From Deltaproteobacteria bacterium (GTDB taxonomy: Bacteria; CALINM01), in NCBI GenBank assembly GCA_037442505.1, contig JBBIPZ010000009.1, positions 8,618 to 72,617 of the forward strand: DNA of 64,000 nucleotides, in the 5' to 3' direction. Every line of letters begins with the position of its first letter. Positions within the stretch are counted from its first letter, which is position 1. Positions 18,852 through 29,324 of the stretch are shown piece after piece. Under the pieces are notes generated by a model, which did no database searches, was not told where the DNA came from, and saw only the letters and a list, made by a program, of their open reading frames with translations. The position numbers and the translations under genes were made by a program.

Positions 18852-19343
18852 ATGAAACACAAAATTCTTATTGCTTATGACGACACTGAAAATGCTTTAA
18901 GAGCATTAGAATACACTGCAAATATTGTTAAACTAAACCCTGACTACTTCCATATTCTTTTGTTTTTTGTGTTGCCACCATTGCCAACTGATTACATTGA
19001 GTATGCAGAGTTACCAGCAGATATTTCTGAGCAGGAAGCCCTTAAACAGAGGCAGATGCTTTTGCAACAATTAAAAAAAGATATTGAAGGAAGAAGTGAA
19101 AAGATATTCGATAAGGCATTAAAATTGCTTAAAACATACAATATTACTAATGTAGAATGTAAATTCAGCCATTGTACTACAGATGTGGCAGGTGAAATTA
19201 TACAGGAAGTAATTAATAACTCTTACAAAACAGTTGTGATAGGCAGAAAAGGCAAAGCTTCTTTAAAAGAAAGGTTATTAGGTGGAACTGCAGAGAAGGT
19301 GATAAGATATTTGAAAAATTGTGCTGTATGGGTTGTTGAATAA
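18852..19343 (+). CDS. Universal stress protein (UspA family)
   Basis: KILIAYDDTENALRALEY; VVIGRKG...LLGGTAEKVI. Confidence 0.93.
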   Translation: MKHKILIAYDDTENALRALEYTANIVKLNPDYFHILLFFVLPPLPTDYIEYAELPADISEQEALKQRQMLLQQLKKDIEGRSEKIFDKALKLLKTYNITNVECKFSHCTTDVAGEIIQEVINNSYKTVVIGRKGKASLKERLLGGTAEKVIRYLKNCAVWVVE

Positions 19344-19363
19344 GTAAAATATGTTGGAGGCAA

Positions 19364-19984
19364 TTGATGAGGAAGTTTATATTATTTGCAGCATCTTTGT
19401 TGATATTGTCAAGTTGTACAACAGCGTTACATCCAGTGCAGTCAGAAGGAGTTACGCTTGATCCCAAAGAAAATACGTTAATTAGCGAAAAAAATAACTA
19501 TAGATTAGAAGTTAAAATAGCACCTCAAAGTTATGCATTTTATGGTATGGAAGATAGCTTCATAATATTTTTTGTTAAAATGGAAAATTTAAGCAATGAA
19601 GTTATAAACACGTCACTGGAAGATTTTGTTGTTTTAGATGACAAAATGAATCAAGTTAATGTTATGTCTGTTAAAGATGTTGCCAAGATAATAGAGCAAA
19701 ACCTATTTTACTTGATTCCATATCCTTATATAGGTTACTACTCAGAGGGACAAAATTACTACGAAGGCAGATATTTGTATAATCCTGGGGCACCACACAC
19801 TTATCCTGTTTCACCTAAGGATATTTATTTAGACGCGTTTCCATATGGCAAAATTCTTCCAAAGGCAAATATTGCCGGTAAGATTTATTTTAAAAAACGC
19901 ATCTCAGACACCAGGAAGATTAACTTAAAGGCAGTTAAATCCGGTAACGATTACCTGTTCAATTTTTATTTTGAAGTAAAATAG
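19364..19984 (+). CDS. Hypothetical lipoprotein
   Basis: Lipobox LSSC; beta-rich body; no recognised family. Confidence 0.75.
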   Translation: MMRKFILFAASLLILSSCTTALHPVQSEGVTLDPKENTLISEKNNYRLEVKIAPQSYAFYGMEDSFIIFFVKMENLSNEVINTSLEDFVVLDDKMNQVNVMSVKDVAKIIEQNLFYLIPYPYIGYYSEGQNYYEGRYLYNPGAPHTYPVSPKDIYLDAFPYGKILPKANIAGKIYFKKRISDTRKINLKAVKSGNDYLFNFYFEVK

Positions 19985-19987
19985 CTG

Positions 19988-20896
19988 ATGTTATTTGCTG
20001 CACTTGATTTTGGTACAAACACACTAAGACTGCTTGTGAAAGATGCAGTTAATAAACAATATAGCTTCAGGAAAAACTACTATCTTTTGCTCGGCAAAGA
20101 GTGTAAAGATGGCGAGCTAAGCAAGGCTGGAATTGCAAAGTTAAAGCATACCCTTTCTGAAATAAAGATTGTGTTACAAAATTTAGGTGTGTCTAAGGTT
20201 TTTGGTGTAGCAACAGCATTTGCAAGATCATTAACAAATCAGCAAGAGTTTATAAATACGATTGTAGAAGTGATTGACTGTGACATACGGTTAATTGATG
20301 GTAAAACAGAAGGCGCAATTGTATCTCTTGCAGTAAAAGAATATTTTAATATTACTGGTGAATTTTTAATTCTTGATATAGGCGGTGGAAGCACTGAATT
20401 TATAATTGAAAAGAAAAAGCAACTTGACGTTATAAGTATCGATATGGGTAGTCTGTATTTAACAGAAAATTTTTTTTCTAAATACCCACCTGATATATCA
20501 CAAATTCAAAATTTAGTTGATTTTGTTAAGATTAACTTGACGAATATTAGAGAATCTTTTGAAAATAAAAATGTATTTGGTGTGGGCGGCACTATTACTA
20601 CTTTAGCTTATATTTTGTCGGGAGAGAAAAGTTATCTGCCAGAAAAAATTAATGGCTTTTTAATAAAGTATGTCCATGTCAAAGATTTTTATGAAAAAAT
20701 AAAGAATATTGGCCAGAATGATTTGCTTAATAATTTCTCTGTTGAAAGTGGTAGAGAAAAGGTGCTTCTGGCAGGCACATTAGAACTACTAACCATAATG
20801 GAGACTTTTAAAATAAAAGAGATCATTGCATCCGACGTATCTTTAATTGATGGAGTAATCCCATTTTTTAAGAAAAATGCCTTTTCCAGTTTATAA
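19988..20896 (+). CDS. ppx: Ppx/GppA-family phosphatase (short form)
   Basis: ALDFGTNTLRLL, VATA, DIGGGSTE, GVGGTITT. Confidence 0.9.
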   Translation: MLFAALDFGTNTLRLLVKDAVNKQYSFRKNYYLLLGKECKDGELSKAGIAKLKHTLSEIKIVLQNLGVSKVFGVATAFARSLTNQQEFINTIVEVIDCDIRLIDGKTEGAIVSLAVKEYFNITGEFLILDIGGGSTEFIIEKKKQLDVISIDMGSLYLTENFFSKYPPDISQIQNLVDFVKINLTNIRESFENKNVFGVGGTITTLAYILSGEKSYLPEKINGFLIKYVHVKDFYEKIKNIGQNDLLNNFSVESGREKVLLAGTLELLTIMETFKIKEIIASDVSLIDGVIPFFKKNAFSSL

Positions 20897-21929
20897 ATCC
20901 TAAAACGAGTAAAGGAATTGTTAAAAAAATTAGTGGTAAAGCTGGCGAAACACCAGAAGATCTAAAAACTTTAAACACAAAAGTTTTTGCAACAGTAAAG
21001 CACAAAAGAATCAGTATTCCTACAAAGATAATTTCTGTATTTTTCTTGTTTCTGCCTAACTGGAAACCAAAAGGAAAAACTATGTAAAAAAGCATAAAGA
21101 AAGACAAAAAATTTATAATCTTGTCCAGCAATTGATAATAATAAGTTTTAACATCTATGCCTGATTTTTCTCCGGAGACAATGATTTTCAAAATATCTCT
21201 TATACCTAACCAGTCATTTTTAAATGAAGTTTTTCCAAAATTTTTAAAAAAATCGATTTCAACCAGTGCTACGTCATTCAATTTTTGTTCAGAATGATTG
21301 GTGTAGTTATAAAGTATACCTTCCCTCGTTTTCCAAAGGTCACCGCTGCGGTAAGTGATTTTAGAAAATAGGACGGTCTCTAAGCCAGTTCGATCTTTGT
21401 TCAACTTAACAATATAAGTATCGAAAAGTATGTTTTTTTCAGGAATAAATAAATTTATGAAGATAAAGCCATCTTTAGTTTTAAACATCAAGTTAGAAAC
21501 TTTTGATTCAGTGCCAATACTATCTTTTTTTAACAAACTTTCAGATTTATAGCTTGATTTTGGATATAAGAAGTTGTCATTAACAAAAGATGAAAAAGCT
21601 AAGAAAATAACAAAAACAAAAAAAACCCAGAAAATCTTTTTTACGTTCACTCCGGCACCCAGCAAAGATGCGGTCTCATTTTTTTGTGCCAAAATGTTTA
21701 ATGTGACCATTATTGATATAATTGTCACGTAAAGGTTGATTTGTAGGTGTATAAACGGTGTTCGCAAAAAGAAAAATTTTAAAATTTCGTATAGGCTAAA
21801 CTTTTGAGTTATTAAATCATCAATTTTATCGAGAAAATCAATGGATAATATGATAGTAAAGAATGCCAGATAGGTTATGACAAAATTTAAAATTAACTCT
21901 GTAAAAATAAGCTTGTATATTTTTTTCAT
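20868..21929 (-). CDS. lptG: LPS export permease, LptG-like
   Basis: YjgP/YjgQ topology, NETASLLGAGV motif, tandem with a paralog. Confidence 0.8.
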   Translation of the reverse strand: MKKIYKLIFTELILNFVITYLAFFTIILSIDFLDKIDDLITQKFSLYEILKFFFLRTPFIHLQINLYVTIISIMVTLNILAQKNETASLLGAGVNVKKIFWVFFVFVIFLAFSSFVNDNFLYPKSSYKSESLLKKDSIGTESKVSNLMFKTKDGFIFINLFIPEKNILFDTYIVKLNKDRTGLETVLFSKITYRSGDLWKTREGILYNYTNHSEQKLNDVALVEIDFFKNFGKTSFKNDWLGIRDILKIIVSGEKSGIDVKTYYYQLLDKIINFLSFFMLFYIVFPFGFQLGRNKKNTEIIFVGILILLCFTVAKTFVFKVFRSSGVSPALPLIFLTIPLLVLGFINWKRHFS

Positions 21930-22984
21930 GCCTTCTTCCAGATCTTTTTGTAGAAAATGTAAATTCCGATAGAAAGTAGAACAAAGTTGACTAAAGGCAT
22001 CGCAAACATAGGGTTAAAAAAGCCTTTTTGAGAAAAGGTATTTGCAAATGACGTAACGATAAAATAGAAAAGTCCGACAAATATACTTATTGTTATGCCA
22101 ACAGTTTTATAGTTTCTTGAGTGACTTATAGAGAAAGGGAACGCTAATAGCAAAAAAATAAATACGGAAAGTGGAGAGAAGAAGCGATTAACAAATTCCG
22201 TCATTTCCGGAGATGATGCATTTTTGTGATAAATTTTATTCCATAATGCAAGTGTCGATAAAGAACCTTTGCTTTGCTGTAGTTCAAAAGACGAGGAATC
22301 AAAGAAAGGATTGTATGATAGTTTTTCAAAATCCATAAAGGATGCATTGTCCTTTTCAATTTTAAAAAAATTGCCTTTGTAAAAATTAAAAAAAGATGTT
22401 GAATCTTTGGTAATTTCTGCAGTTTTGGAAAAGATAATACTTGCTTCATTGTTGTTGTCTTGTTGAAACAAAATTATATTTTCAAGTTGTTTATCTGCCT
22501 TATCGCAGTATATGTAAAGATTCTCGCTTATTTTTGTGAAGTTTTTTTCTTGAGGGGATATCTTAATATTTCCTGTTTCTATCTGGCTTAAAGTTTTCCG
22601 TAGTTGTAAATTGGTAAAAGGTTTTATAATTAAAGTAACAAAGAAATAGAAGGTAAAGATAAAAAAAGCAATGTATAAGTATGCTTTGAATACCTTGAAT
22701 GCAGGAATGCCTGATGTTTGAAGAGCTGTTAACTCACTTGTGCTGGATAGTTTAGTAGTTGTAATTGATACAGAGATAAGAAACGCTAATGGCATTATTA
22801 TAACAGAAATCGATGGAAGGATGAGCAAGATAGTAAAAAAAATCTTTTCGACAGGTAAATTAAAACCGCCAGTTTCGTATATCTTGCCAAATCTTATAGC
22901 AAGACTCAGAGTTAGAAAACCAAAAAACACAGGATTGAATATGTTAAAAAATTCAGCGAAAACGAAGTCAGTAAGTTTTTTCAT
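21926..22984 (-). CDS. lptF: LPS export permease, LptF-like
   Basis: MPLAFL...LSSTSELTALQTSGI motif; YjgP/YjgQ topology. Confidence 0.82.
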   Translation of the reverse strand: MKKLTDFVFAEFFNIFNPVFFGFLTLSLAIRFGKIYETGGFNLPVEKIFFTILLILPSISVIIMPLAFLISVSITTTKLSSTSELTALQTSGIPAFKVFKAYLYIAFFIFTFYFFVTLIIKPFTNLQLRKTLSQIETGNIKISPQEKNFTKISENLYIYCDKADKQLENIILFQQDNNNEASIIFSKTAEITKDSTSFFNFYKGNFFKIEKDNASFMDFEKLSYNPFFDSSSFELQQSKGSLSTLALWNKIYHKNASSPEMTEFVNRFFSPLSVFIFLLLAFPFSISHSRNYKTVGITISIFVGLFYFIVTSFANTFSQKGFFNPMFAMPLVNFVLLSIGIYIFYKKIWKKA

Positions 22985-23095
22985 AATTTTCTTTCATAAA
23001 TATGGTAATAGTTTTTAAAAAAAATGTAAAAATGAAAAACTAAAACGGCCTCAATTAATAATGATAAAGGTTAAAAGTTATGATAAAATACGACT

Positions 23096-23692
23096 ATGAT
23101 ACTGGATGTTAATGCTTACATTTTGGCTGGTGGAAAAAGTGAAAGGATGAAAACGAATAAAGCGCTTTTAGGTTGGCGTGGCAGCACTATTTTAGAGGAG
23201 CTTCACAAAAATTTGAAACATGTTTTTTTGCAGGTATATGTAGTTATTAAACATTTTTATCTATTAGATAGCAATAAGTTTGATTTAGTGTTTGATGAAC
23301 ATAGTGATTATTGTCCTCTTGTTGGTGTATTAGCTGCAATTAAACATACTGACAAATCTTATGTTTTTATAAAGGCTTGTGATAACCCACTTTTCTCAAG
23401 ACAATTGGTTGAGCAGATGTACGAGAAGTCTAAAAAATATGACATAGTTGTTCCCAGGACAGCTGATGGCTACCATCCTCTTTTTGGTTTTTATTCTAAG
23501 AAATGTTTGAGTGTTATTGACAATATGATAAACGCTGGTGATTATCGAATTATCAATCTTTACGAAAAAATGAACACTTATTTTGTTGATGATAATTTTG
23601 TCTCAAAGTTTGACAATGAGGGGGTTAGTTTGAAAAATTTAAATACCCCACAGGATTTTCATGAATTTAAAAAACGTTTTGAAGGAGTATGA
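23096..23692 (+). CDS. mobA: Molybdenum cofactor guanylyltransferase
   Basis: ILAGGKSERMKTNKA, ACDNP, HPLFGFY, NLNTPQD. Confidence 0.93.
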   Translation: MILDVNAYILAGGKSERMKTNKALLGWRGSTILEELHKNLKHVFLQVYVVIKHFYLLDSNKFDLVFDEHSDYCPLVGVLAAIKHTDKSYVFIKACDNPLFSRQLVEQMYEKSKKYDIVVPRTADGYHPLFGFYSKKCLSVIDNMINAGDYRIINLYEKMNTYFVDDNFVSKFDNEGVSLKNLNTPQDFHEFKKRFEGV

Positions 23693-23693
23693 A

Positions 23694-25406
23694 ATGCTTG
23701 GTAAAAAAACTCCAGTCATGAATACAATTTTAGTTTTGTTGTTAATTACTTTTACGGCTTGTTCTTCTGGATTAGTATCTACAAGAACTGCCAACAATCC
23801 TGAAGTAAATGTTAAAGGGTTATCCTTATCTGATGATGATATAACACTGTATATGGGATACAATGCAGCGCTTTATGGTGGAGACTTAAATAAAGCGCAA
23901 TTTTTTCTTGAACAGTTAGTTGAAGCAAAACCTGATAATCTCGAGTTTGTTTCTGACCTAATTGGGTTATACGTTTATAGAAAAAACATCGATAAGGCAT
24001 TATCTTTGATTGATAAAGCACTTGTCTTAGATCCATATAATGTTAGAATTCTGTCTTCGCTATCAGATATCTATGTAATGAAAGGAGATAAAAAATCTGC
24101 TATTGCAACATTAGAAAAGGTGCTTTCTATAGATAAAAATCGAGATAATATTCCTCTGGTACTTGCAAATCTTTATTTTCAAGAAAAGGAGTTTCAAAAG
24201 GCTGCTACACTTTTGGAGGAGTATGTTAAAGTAAAGCCAGAAAATTTTCTTGCTCACATTTATTTGGGAAGGGTTTATGAGGAACTTGGAAAAAACGCCG
24301 AAGCTGCAAGAGAGTATGAATTAGCACTTGCTGAAAGAGAAGAAGACGAAATACTTATTACTCTGGATAATATTTACGATAAGTTGGGAGAAAAGGAAAA
24401 ATCGATTGAAGTGCTTGAAAGATTCTTAAATAAAAATCCTGATTATCCAAAAGTAAGAGAAAGGGTAGCGCTGTTATATCTGGCAATAAATAATTACGAG
24501 AAGGCTTTAGACAATTATGAACAACTTTTAAAGCAGTATCCTGATAATAAGGAATTAATGTTCAAATATATTCTTATCGCAATTGATGGCGGTTTTTATG
24601 AAAAGGCTAAAGTTAGTCTGGAAGATTTACTGAATAAAGACCCCAATAATCAAAAAGGACTGTATTTTATGGGGCTTCTTTATAAAGAAACGAAAGAATG
24701 GGGTAAGGCGATAGATTTTCTCGAAAAGGTTACTGATAAAGAGTATGAAAAATCTGCAAAAATGTATTTATCAGTGTGTTACGAAAAAATAGGACAGAGT
24801 GATAAAGCATTTATCGTTTTGAAAGATTACTGGGAAAAGGAACATGATGGCGAAATAGGATATTATCTGGCGCTTTATTATAAAAACAAACGCGATTACG
24901 ATAACGCATATAAGCTACTTGAAGAATTATTAAAAGATACTGATAACAGCAATAAAATCATCTTGCTTATGGCAGAAATACAATTAAAAAGGAATGAGTT
25001 TGAAAAGGGCATATCACTTGTAAAAGGTTTGCTTGATAAATCTCCAGATAGTCCTGATGCGCTTAATTTTATAGGTTATAGTTATGTAGAAAGGGGAGTC
25101 AATTTAGAAGAGGCAGAGGTGATGATACAAAAGGCTTTAAATCTTAAACCAGATGACCCATTTATAATGGATAGTCTTGCGTGGTTGTATTATATGAAAA
25201 AAGATTACCATAAGGCATTAGAAATTCAGAAAAAAGTAATTTTAAAAATAAAAGATGATGCGACTATATTAGAGCATATGGGTGATATTTTATCGATTCT
25301 TGGAGAAAAGAAAGCAGCCAGAGAATATTACAAAAAGGCGTTGGAAAATGAGCCAGAAAATATTGAACTGCTTAAAAAAAAGATTGAGGAGTTGAAAGAT
25401 TTTTAG
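23694..25406 (+). CDS. TPR-repeat (lipo)protein
   Basis: Lipobox-like FTAC; many TPRs; C-terminal ALNFIGYSYVE...DSLAW...EHMGD; SD AAGGAG before ATG 23694. Confidence 0.88.
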   Translation: MLGKKTPVMNTILVLLLITFTACSSGLVSTRTANNPEVNVKGLSLSDDDITLYMGYNAALYGGDLNKAQFFLEQLVEAKPDNLEFVSDLIGLYVYRKNIDKALSLIDKALVLDPYNVRILSSLSDIYVMKGDKKSAIATLEKVLSIDKNRDNIPLVLANLYFQEKEFQKAATLLEEYVKVKPENFLAHIYLGRVYEELGKNAEAAREYELALAEREEDEILITLDNIYDKLGEKEKSIEVLERFLNKNPDYPKVRERVALLYLAINNYEKALDNYEQLLKQYPDNKELMFKYILIAIDGGFYEKAKVSLEDLLNKDPNNQKGLYFMGLLYKETKEWGKAIDFLEKVTDKEYEKSAKMYLSVCYEKIGQSDKAFIVLKDYWEKEHDGEIGYYLALYYKNKRDYDNAYKLLEELLKDTDNSNKIILLMAEIQLKRNEFEKGISLVKGLLDKSPDSPDALNFIGYSYVERGVNLEEAEVMIQKALNLKPDDPFIMDSLAWLYYMKKDYHKALEIQKKVILKIKDDATILEHMGDILSILGEKKAAREYYKKALENEPENIELLKKKIEELKDF

Positions 25407-25869
25407 ATATTATTTTGTTCTAACATTTTGCCTGTTGATATCAGGGTGTGCCAAAACACTACCAGTTAAATCGGATACTCCCATAACCTATAAAGGTTTT
25501 GGGAAGATAGAAATCGATACGAGTACGGAATTATTTGCTGGTGATTTTGCATTTTCTGGAAATGATAAGGAGTTTAGTATAGAAGTTTATCATCTTGGGA
25601 TTAACATTTTTAAGGCTGACGAGAAAAACGGAAAAGTTGTTTATTATTACATGGGCAATCAGTATGATGAAGAAAGCATAAATCATAATTTCATTTCAGT
25701 TAAGTTTAGTAATTTAAAAGATATGTTAATTGACTTAACGTTAGGGAAGGATATAGATATAAATGATGGTAGTCTGGTAGCAAGGTCTGAACTTTCAAAG
25801 ACTGGTAAACTTTTATATCTGTATCTACAAGGTAGCGGCAAGATAAAAATAAGTCTACAAAACGAATAA
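25399..25869 (+). CDS. Lipoprotein, possibly a distant LolB-like protein; probable ATT start
   Basis: A complete signal peptide (FRYYFVLTFCLLISGC) needs a start upstream of the track's TTG; ATT 25399 lies 7 nt after GAGGAG. LolB idea rests on its position after the TPR gene only. Confidence 0.6.
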   Translation: MFRYYFVLTFCLLISGCAKTLPVKSDTPITYKGFGKIEIDTSTELFAGDFAFSGNDKEFSIEVYHLGINIFKADEKNGKVVYYYMGNQYDEESINHNFISVKFSNLKDMLIDLTLGKDIDINDGSLVARSELSKTGKLLYLYLQGSGKIKISLQNE

Positions 25870-27479
25870 TGAGAACAACTATATTTTTTTTATGTTTTGT
25901 AATGTTTTTTGCATGTAAGGCTGACAAGCCTGTATCTGTATCTAATAAATCGGGAAATTTAAAGCCCGACTATGGTGATATGTTGATAGAAGGAAGCATT
26001 GGAGATGCCAGCAATCTAATTCCATTTCTTGCCTCTGATAGTGCCTCTCATCAGGTAGCTGACCTTGTTTATAATGGGCTTGTTAAATATGATGAAAATT
26101 TGAGAATCGTAGGAGACTTAGCAGAGTCTTTCACTGTTTCAAAAGATGGAATGAAGATAGTGTTTAAGTTAAGAAAAGGCGTAAAATGGCATGATGGGAA
26201 GGAATTAACTGCTGATGATTGTGAATTTACCTATAAATTAATAACAAACCCGGAAACGCCAACACCTTATTCAGGCGACTTTGTTATGGTAAAAAATGCT
26301 TATGCAAAAGACAAATATACATTTGTAGTGGAATATAAAGAACCCTTTGCGCCTGCTATTTCAAGTTGGGGTGTATCAATTGTTCCAAAGCATCTGCTCG
26401 AAGGTCAAGACGTTACAAAATCTCCACTACAAAGAAGTCCAATAGGAACAGGACCTTTTATTTTTAAGAGCTGGCAGCAGGGAGAAAAGATTGAGCTTAA
26501 ATACAATGATGAATATTTTGAGGGAAGACCTTATCTTAATGGTGTTGTATTTAGAGTTATACCAGATATGGCAACAATGTTTTTGGAACTAAAATCTGAA
26601 AATGTTGATTTTTCTGCATTGACACCAGTTCAATATGAAAGACAAGCAAATACAAAAAAGATAACGGAAAAGTTTAACAAATATAAGTATTTAGCCTTTG
26701 CTTACACCTATTTTGGTTTTAATCTAAAAAAGGATTTGTTCAAAGATGTTAGGGTTAGAAAGGCAATTGCTTATGCAATTGATAAAAAAGAGATTATTAA
26801 AGGTGTTTTGTTAGGATTGGGAGAGGAAGCAACAGGTCCGTATAAGCCTGATATGGAATGGTATAACGGAAATGTTGAAAGATATGAGTTTAATCCCGAA
26901 TATGCGAAAAAGTTACTTGCAGAGGCAGGTTATGAAGACAGAGATGGCGATGGAGTTTTAGAAAAAAACGGAAAACCATTAAGGTTTACTGTGTTAACAA
27001 ATCAGGGCAACGATGCAAGAATTAAAACAGCAGAAATAATTCAAAGAAGGCTTAAAAATGTCGGCATTGATATGAAAATATTGGTTCTGGAATGGGCGGC
27101 GTTTATCAAGGAATTTGTGAGCAAAAGACGTTTTGATGCCTTAATTTTAGGATGGACAATACCACAGGATCCCGATTTGTTTGACATCTGGCATTCATCT
27201 AAAATGGATGCAAGAGGCTTGAATCACTATAGCTATTCAAATCCAGAGGTGGATAGACTTTTGGAGTTAGGCAGAAAAACAGTTGATAAAGAAAAAAGAA
27301 GAAAAATTTATTTTAAAGTTCAAGAAATATTAGCTGATGATGTGCCGTGTGTGTTTTTATATGTACCTTATGCATTACCTGTTGTACATAAAAGATTTAG
27401 AGGTGTGTCGCCAATGCCAGCTGGTATAGCATATAATAAGTATAAATGGGGAGTGCCCAGGATTGAACAAAAGTATTAG
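25869..27479 (+). CDS. Peptide ABC transporter substrate-binding lipoprotein (family 5)
   Basis: Lipobox FFAC; YNGLVKYD, LRKGVKWHDG, PIGTGPF, RVRKAIAYAID. Confidence 0.93.
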   Translation: MRTTIFFLCFVMFFACKADKPVSVSNKSGNLKPDYGDMLIEGSIGDASNLIPFLASDSASHQVADLVYNGLVKYDENLRIVGDLAESFTVSKDGMKIVFKLRKGVKWHDGKELTADDCEFTYKLITNPETPTPYSGDFVMVKNAYAKDKYTFVVEYKEPFAPAISSWGVSIVPKHLLEGQDVTKSPLQRSPIGTGPFIFKSWQQGEKIELKYNDEYFEGRPYLNGVVFRVIPDMATMFLELKSENVDFSALTPVQYERQANTKKITEKFNKYKYLAFAYTYFGFNLKKDLFKDVRVRKAIAYAIDKKEIIKGVLLGLGEEATGPYKPDMEWYNGNVERYEFNPEYAKKLLAEAGYEDRDGDGVLEKNGKPLRFTVLTNQGNDARIKTAEIIQRRLKNVGIDMKILVLEWAAFIKEFVSKRRFDALILGWTIPQDPDLFDIWHSSKMDARGLNHYSYSNPEVDRLLELGRKTVDKEKRRKIYFKVQEILADDVPCVFLYVPYALPVVHKRFRGVSPMPAGIAYNKYKWGVPRIEQKY

Positions 27480-27494
27480 TGTTGAGGTAAAGTA

Positions 27495-28469
27495 ATGTTT
27501 TACTATCTTTCAAGACGTATAATAGCAATGATCCCTGTGCTTTTTGGCATCACATTAATCTCGTTTTTCATTATAAATTTAGCACCGGGCGAGCCTACAG
27601 ATATGCAGGTAGAGTTGAATCCTCGTATCACACCTGAAATAATAGAGAAGTTAAGAAAACATTACGACTTAGATAAACCTATTCACGTAAGGTATATAAA
27701 ATGGCTTAAAAATCTTGCTACTCTTGATTTTGGTAAATCTTTAACACCCGATGGCAGAAATGTGATGGATAAAATTAAAGAAAGAATACCATTAACAATA
27801 ACCATCAATCTTATTTCTATGTTCATAATAATCATCTTTTCGATACCACTTGGGGTGTTTGTTAGTACCCACAGAGGTACAATTAGAGAACGACTAACGA
27901 CAATGCTGTCGTTCTTTTTCTACTCAATCCCAAGCTTCTGGCTTGCAATAGTACTTATAATGGTTTTTGGTGTCTATTTAGGTTGGCTGCCTGTCTCTGG
28001 GCTAAAATCGTTGCATTATGGCAGTTTAAGCAGTGTGCAAAAATTTTTCGATCTGGCAAAACATCTTTTACTTCCGATATTAGTTGCCTCTGTGGGTGGG
28101 ATAGCGGCATTTTCAAGATATGTATCCTCAAATTTTGACGATGTAATTAAGCAGGAGTATATTCTTCTTGCTCGAGCAAAGGGGATTCCTGAGCGTGTTA
28201 TTTTAAAAAAACATGCCTTAAAAAATGCGCTTATTCCAGTAATAACAATTTTAGGCTTATCTGTTCCTGGTTTGATTAGCGGGAGTGTAATTTTTGAGTC
28301 TATCTTTGCGTTACCGGGTATGGGGCAGTTGTTATACCAGTCTGTTATGGCAAGGGATTATCCAACCATAATGGGCATGCTTGTTATTACATCTTTCTTG
28401 ACACTTATTGGAAATTTGCTTGCTGATATAGGTTATATGATAGCAGATCCGAGGATTAAGTATCGATGA
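27495..28469 (+). CDS. Peptide ABC transporter permease (OppB/DppB type)
   Basis: LAPGEP, EAA loop ARAKGIPE...KHALKNA, ADPRIK. Confidence 0.93.
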   Translation: MFYYLSRRIIAMIPVLFGITLISFFIINLAPGEPTDMQVELNPRITPEIIEKLRKHYDLDKPIHVRYIKWLKNLATLDFGKSLTPDGRNVMDKIKERIPLTITINLISMFIIIIFSIPLGVFVSTHRGTIRERLTTMLSFFFYSIPSFWLAIVLIMVFGVYLGWLPVSGLKSLHYGSLSSVQKFFDLAKHLLLPILVASVGGIAAFSRYVSSNFDDVIKQEYILLARAKGIPERVILKKHALKNALIPVITILGLSVPGLISGSVIFESIFALPGMGQLLYQSVMARDYPTIMGMLVITSFLTLIGNLLADIGYMIADPRIKYR

Positions 28470-29311
28470 GAGAGACTTTTTTTCAACAAGTTTTAAAGCG
28501 ATTTAATGCAAGGAAAAGCTCTGTAATTTCATTGTTTATTATAATATCTTTGATACTTTTATCTTTTGCAGGTCCTATTTTTTTACCTTACTCACCTGAT
28601 GAAATTAATGTTGATGCGATACTTTTGCCGCCTTCAACCTTACACTGGTTTGGTACTGATGCATTGGGTAGAGACGTATTCACTCGTATAGTTTATGGAG
28701 GTAGAATTTCTTTGCTGGTAGGATTTGTTGCAGAGGGCATTGCAGTAATTATAGGGCTGATCTTGGGAAGTATTAGTGGCTATTATGGTGGAAAAGTTGA
28801 TAGTGTGATTATGCGTTTTGCCGATATTATGCTATGTTTCCCTACATTTTTCTTAATTCTTTCTGTTATAACATTTCTTGAACCAAATATCTGGAACATA
28901 ATGATAGTTATAGGGTTGACTGGCTGGATGCAGATTGCAAGGCTTGTAAGAGGAGAGTTTTTAACCCTGAGGGAAAGAGAATTTGTGTTATATGAAAAGG
29001 TGCTTGGTAGTAGCAACTTTTACATTATTTTCAAGCATATACTTCCAAACGCACTCAATCCTGTAATTGTTTCAGCTGCGTTTGGCATTGCTGGTGCTAT
29101 CCTTACTGAGAGTGCTTTAAGTTTTTTAGGCTTAGGCGTGCAACCACCTATTCCAAGTTGGGGTAATATTTTGACTTCTGGTAAAGATATGATGGAAGCA
29201 GCATGGTGGCTTTCTGTTTTTCCAGGTTTATTTATTTTTGTCTCTATTTTGTGTTACAATCTAGTTGGCGAGGGATTAAAAGAAGCTCTAAATCCCAAAT
29301 ACTACAAGTAA
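28466..29311 (+). CDS. Peptide ABC transporter permease (OppC/DppC type)
   Basis: HWFGTDALGRD, KHILPN, ESALSFLGLG, PSWG. Confidence 0.93.
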   Translation: MRETFFQQVLKRFNARKSSVISLFIIISLILLSFAGPIFLPYSPDEINVDAILLPPSTLHWFGTDALGRDVFTRIVYGGRISLLVGFVAEGIAVIIGLILGSISGYYGGKVDSVIMRFADIMLCFPTFFLILSVITFLEPNIWNIMIVIGLTGWMQIARLVRGEFLTLREREFVLYEKVLGSSNFYIIFKHILPNALNPVIVSAAFGIAGAILTESALSFLGLGVQPPIPSWGNILTSGKDMMEAAWWLSVFPGLFIFVSILCYNLVGEGLKEALNPKYYK

Positions 29312-29324
29312 TCAGGAGGAAGAA

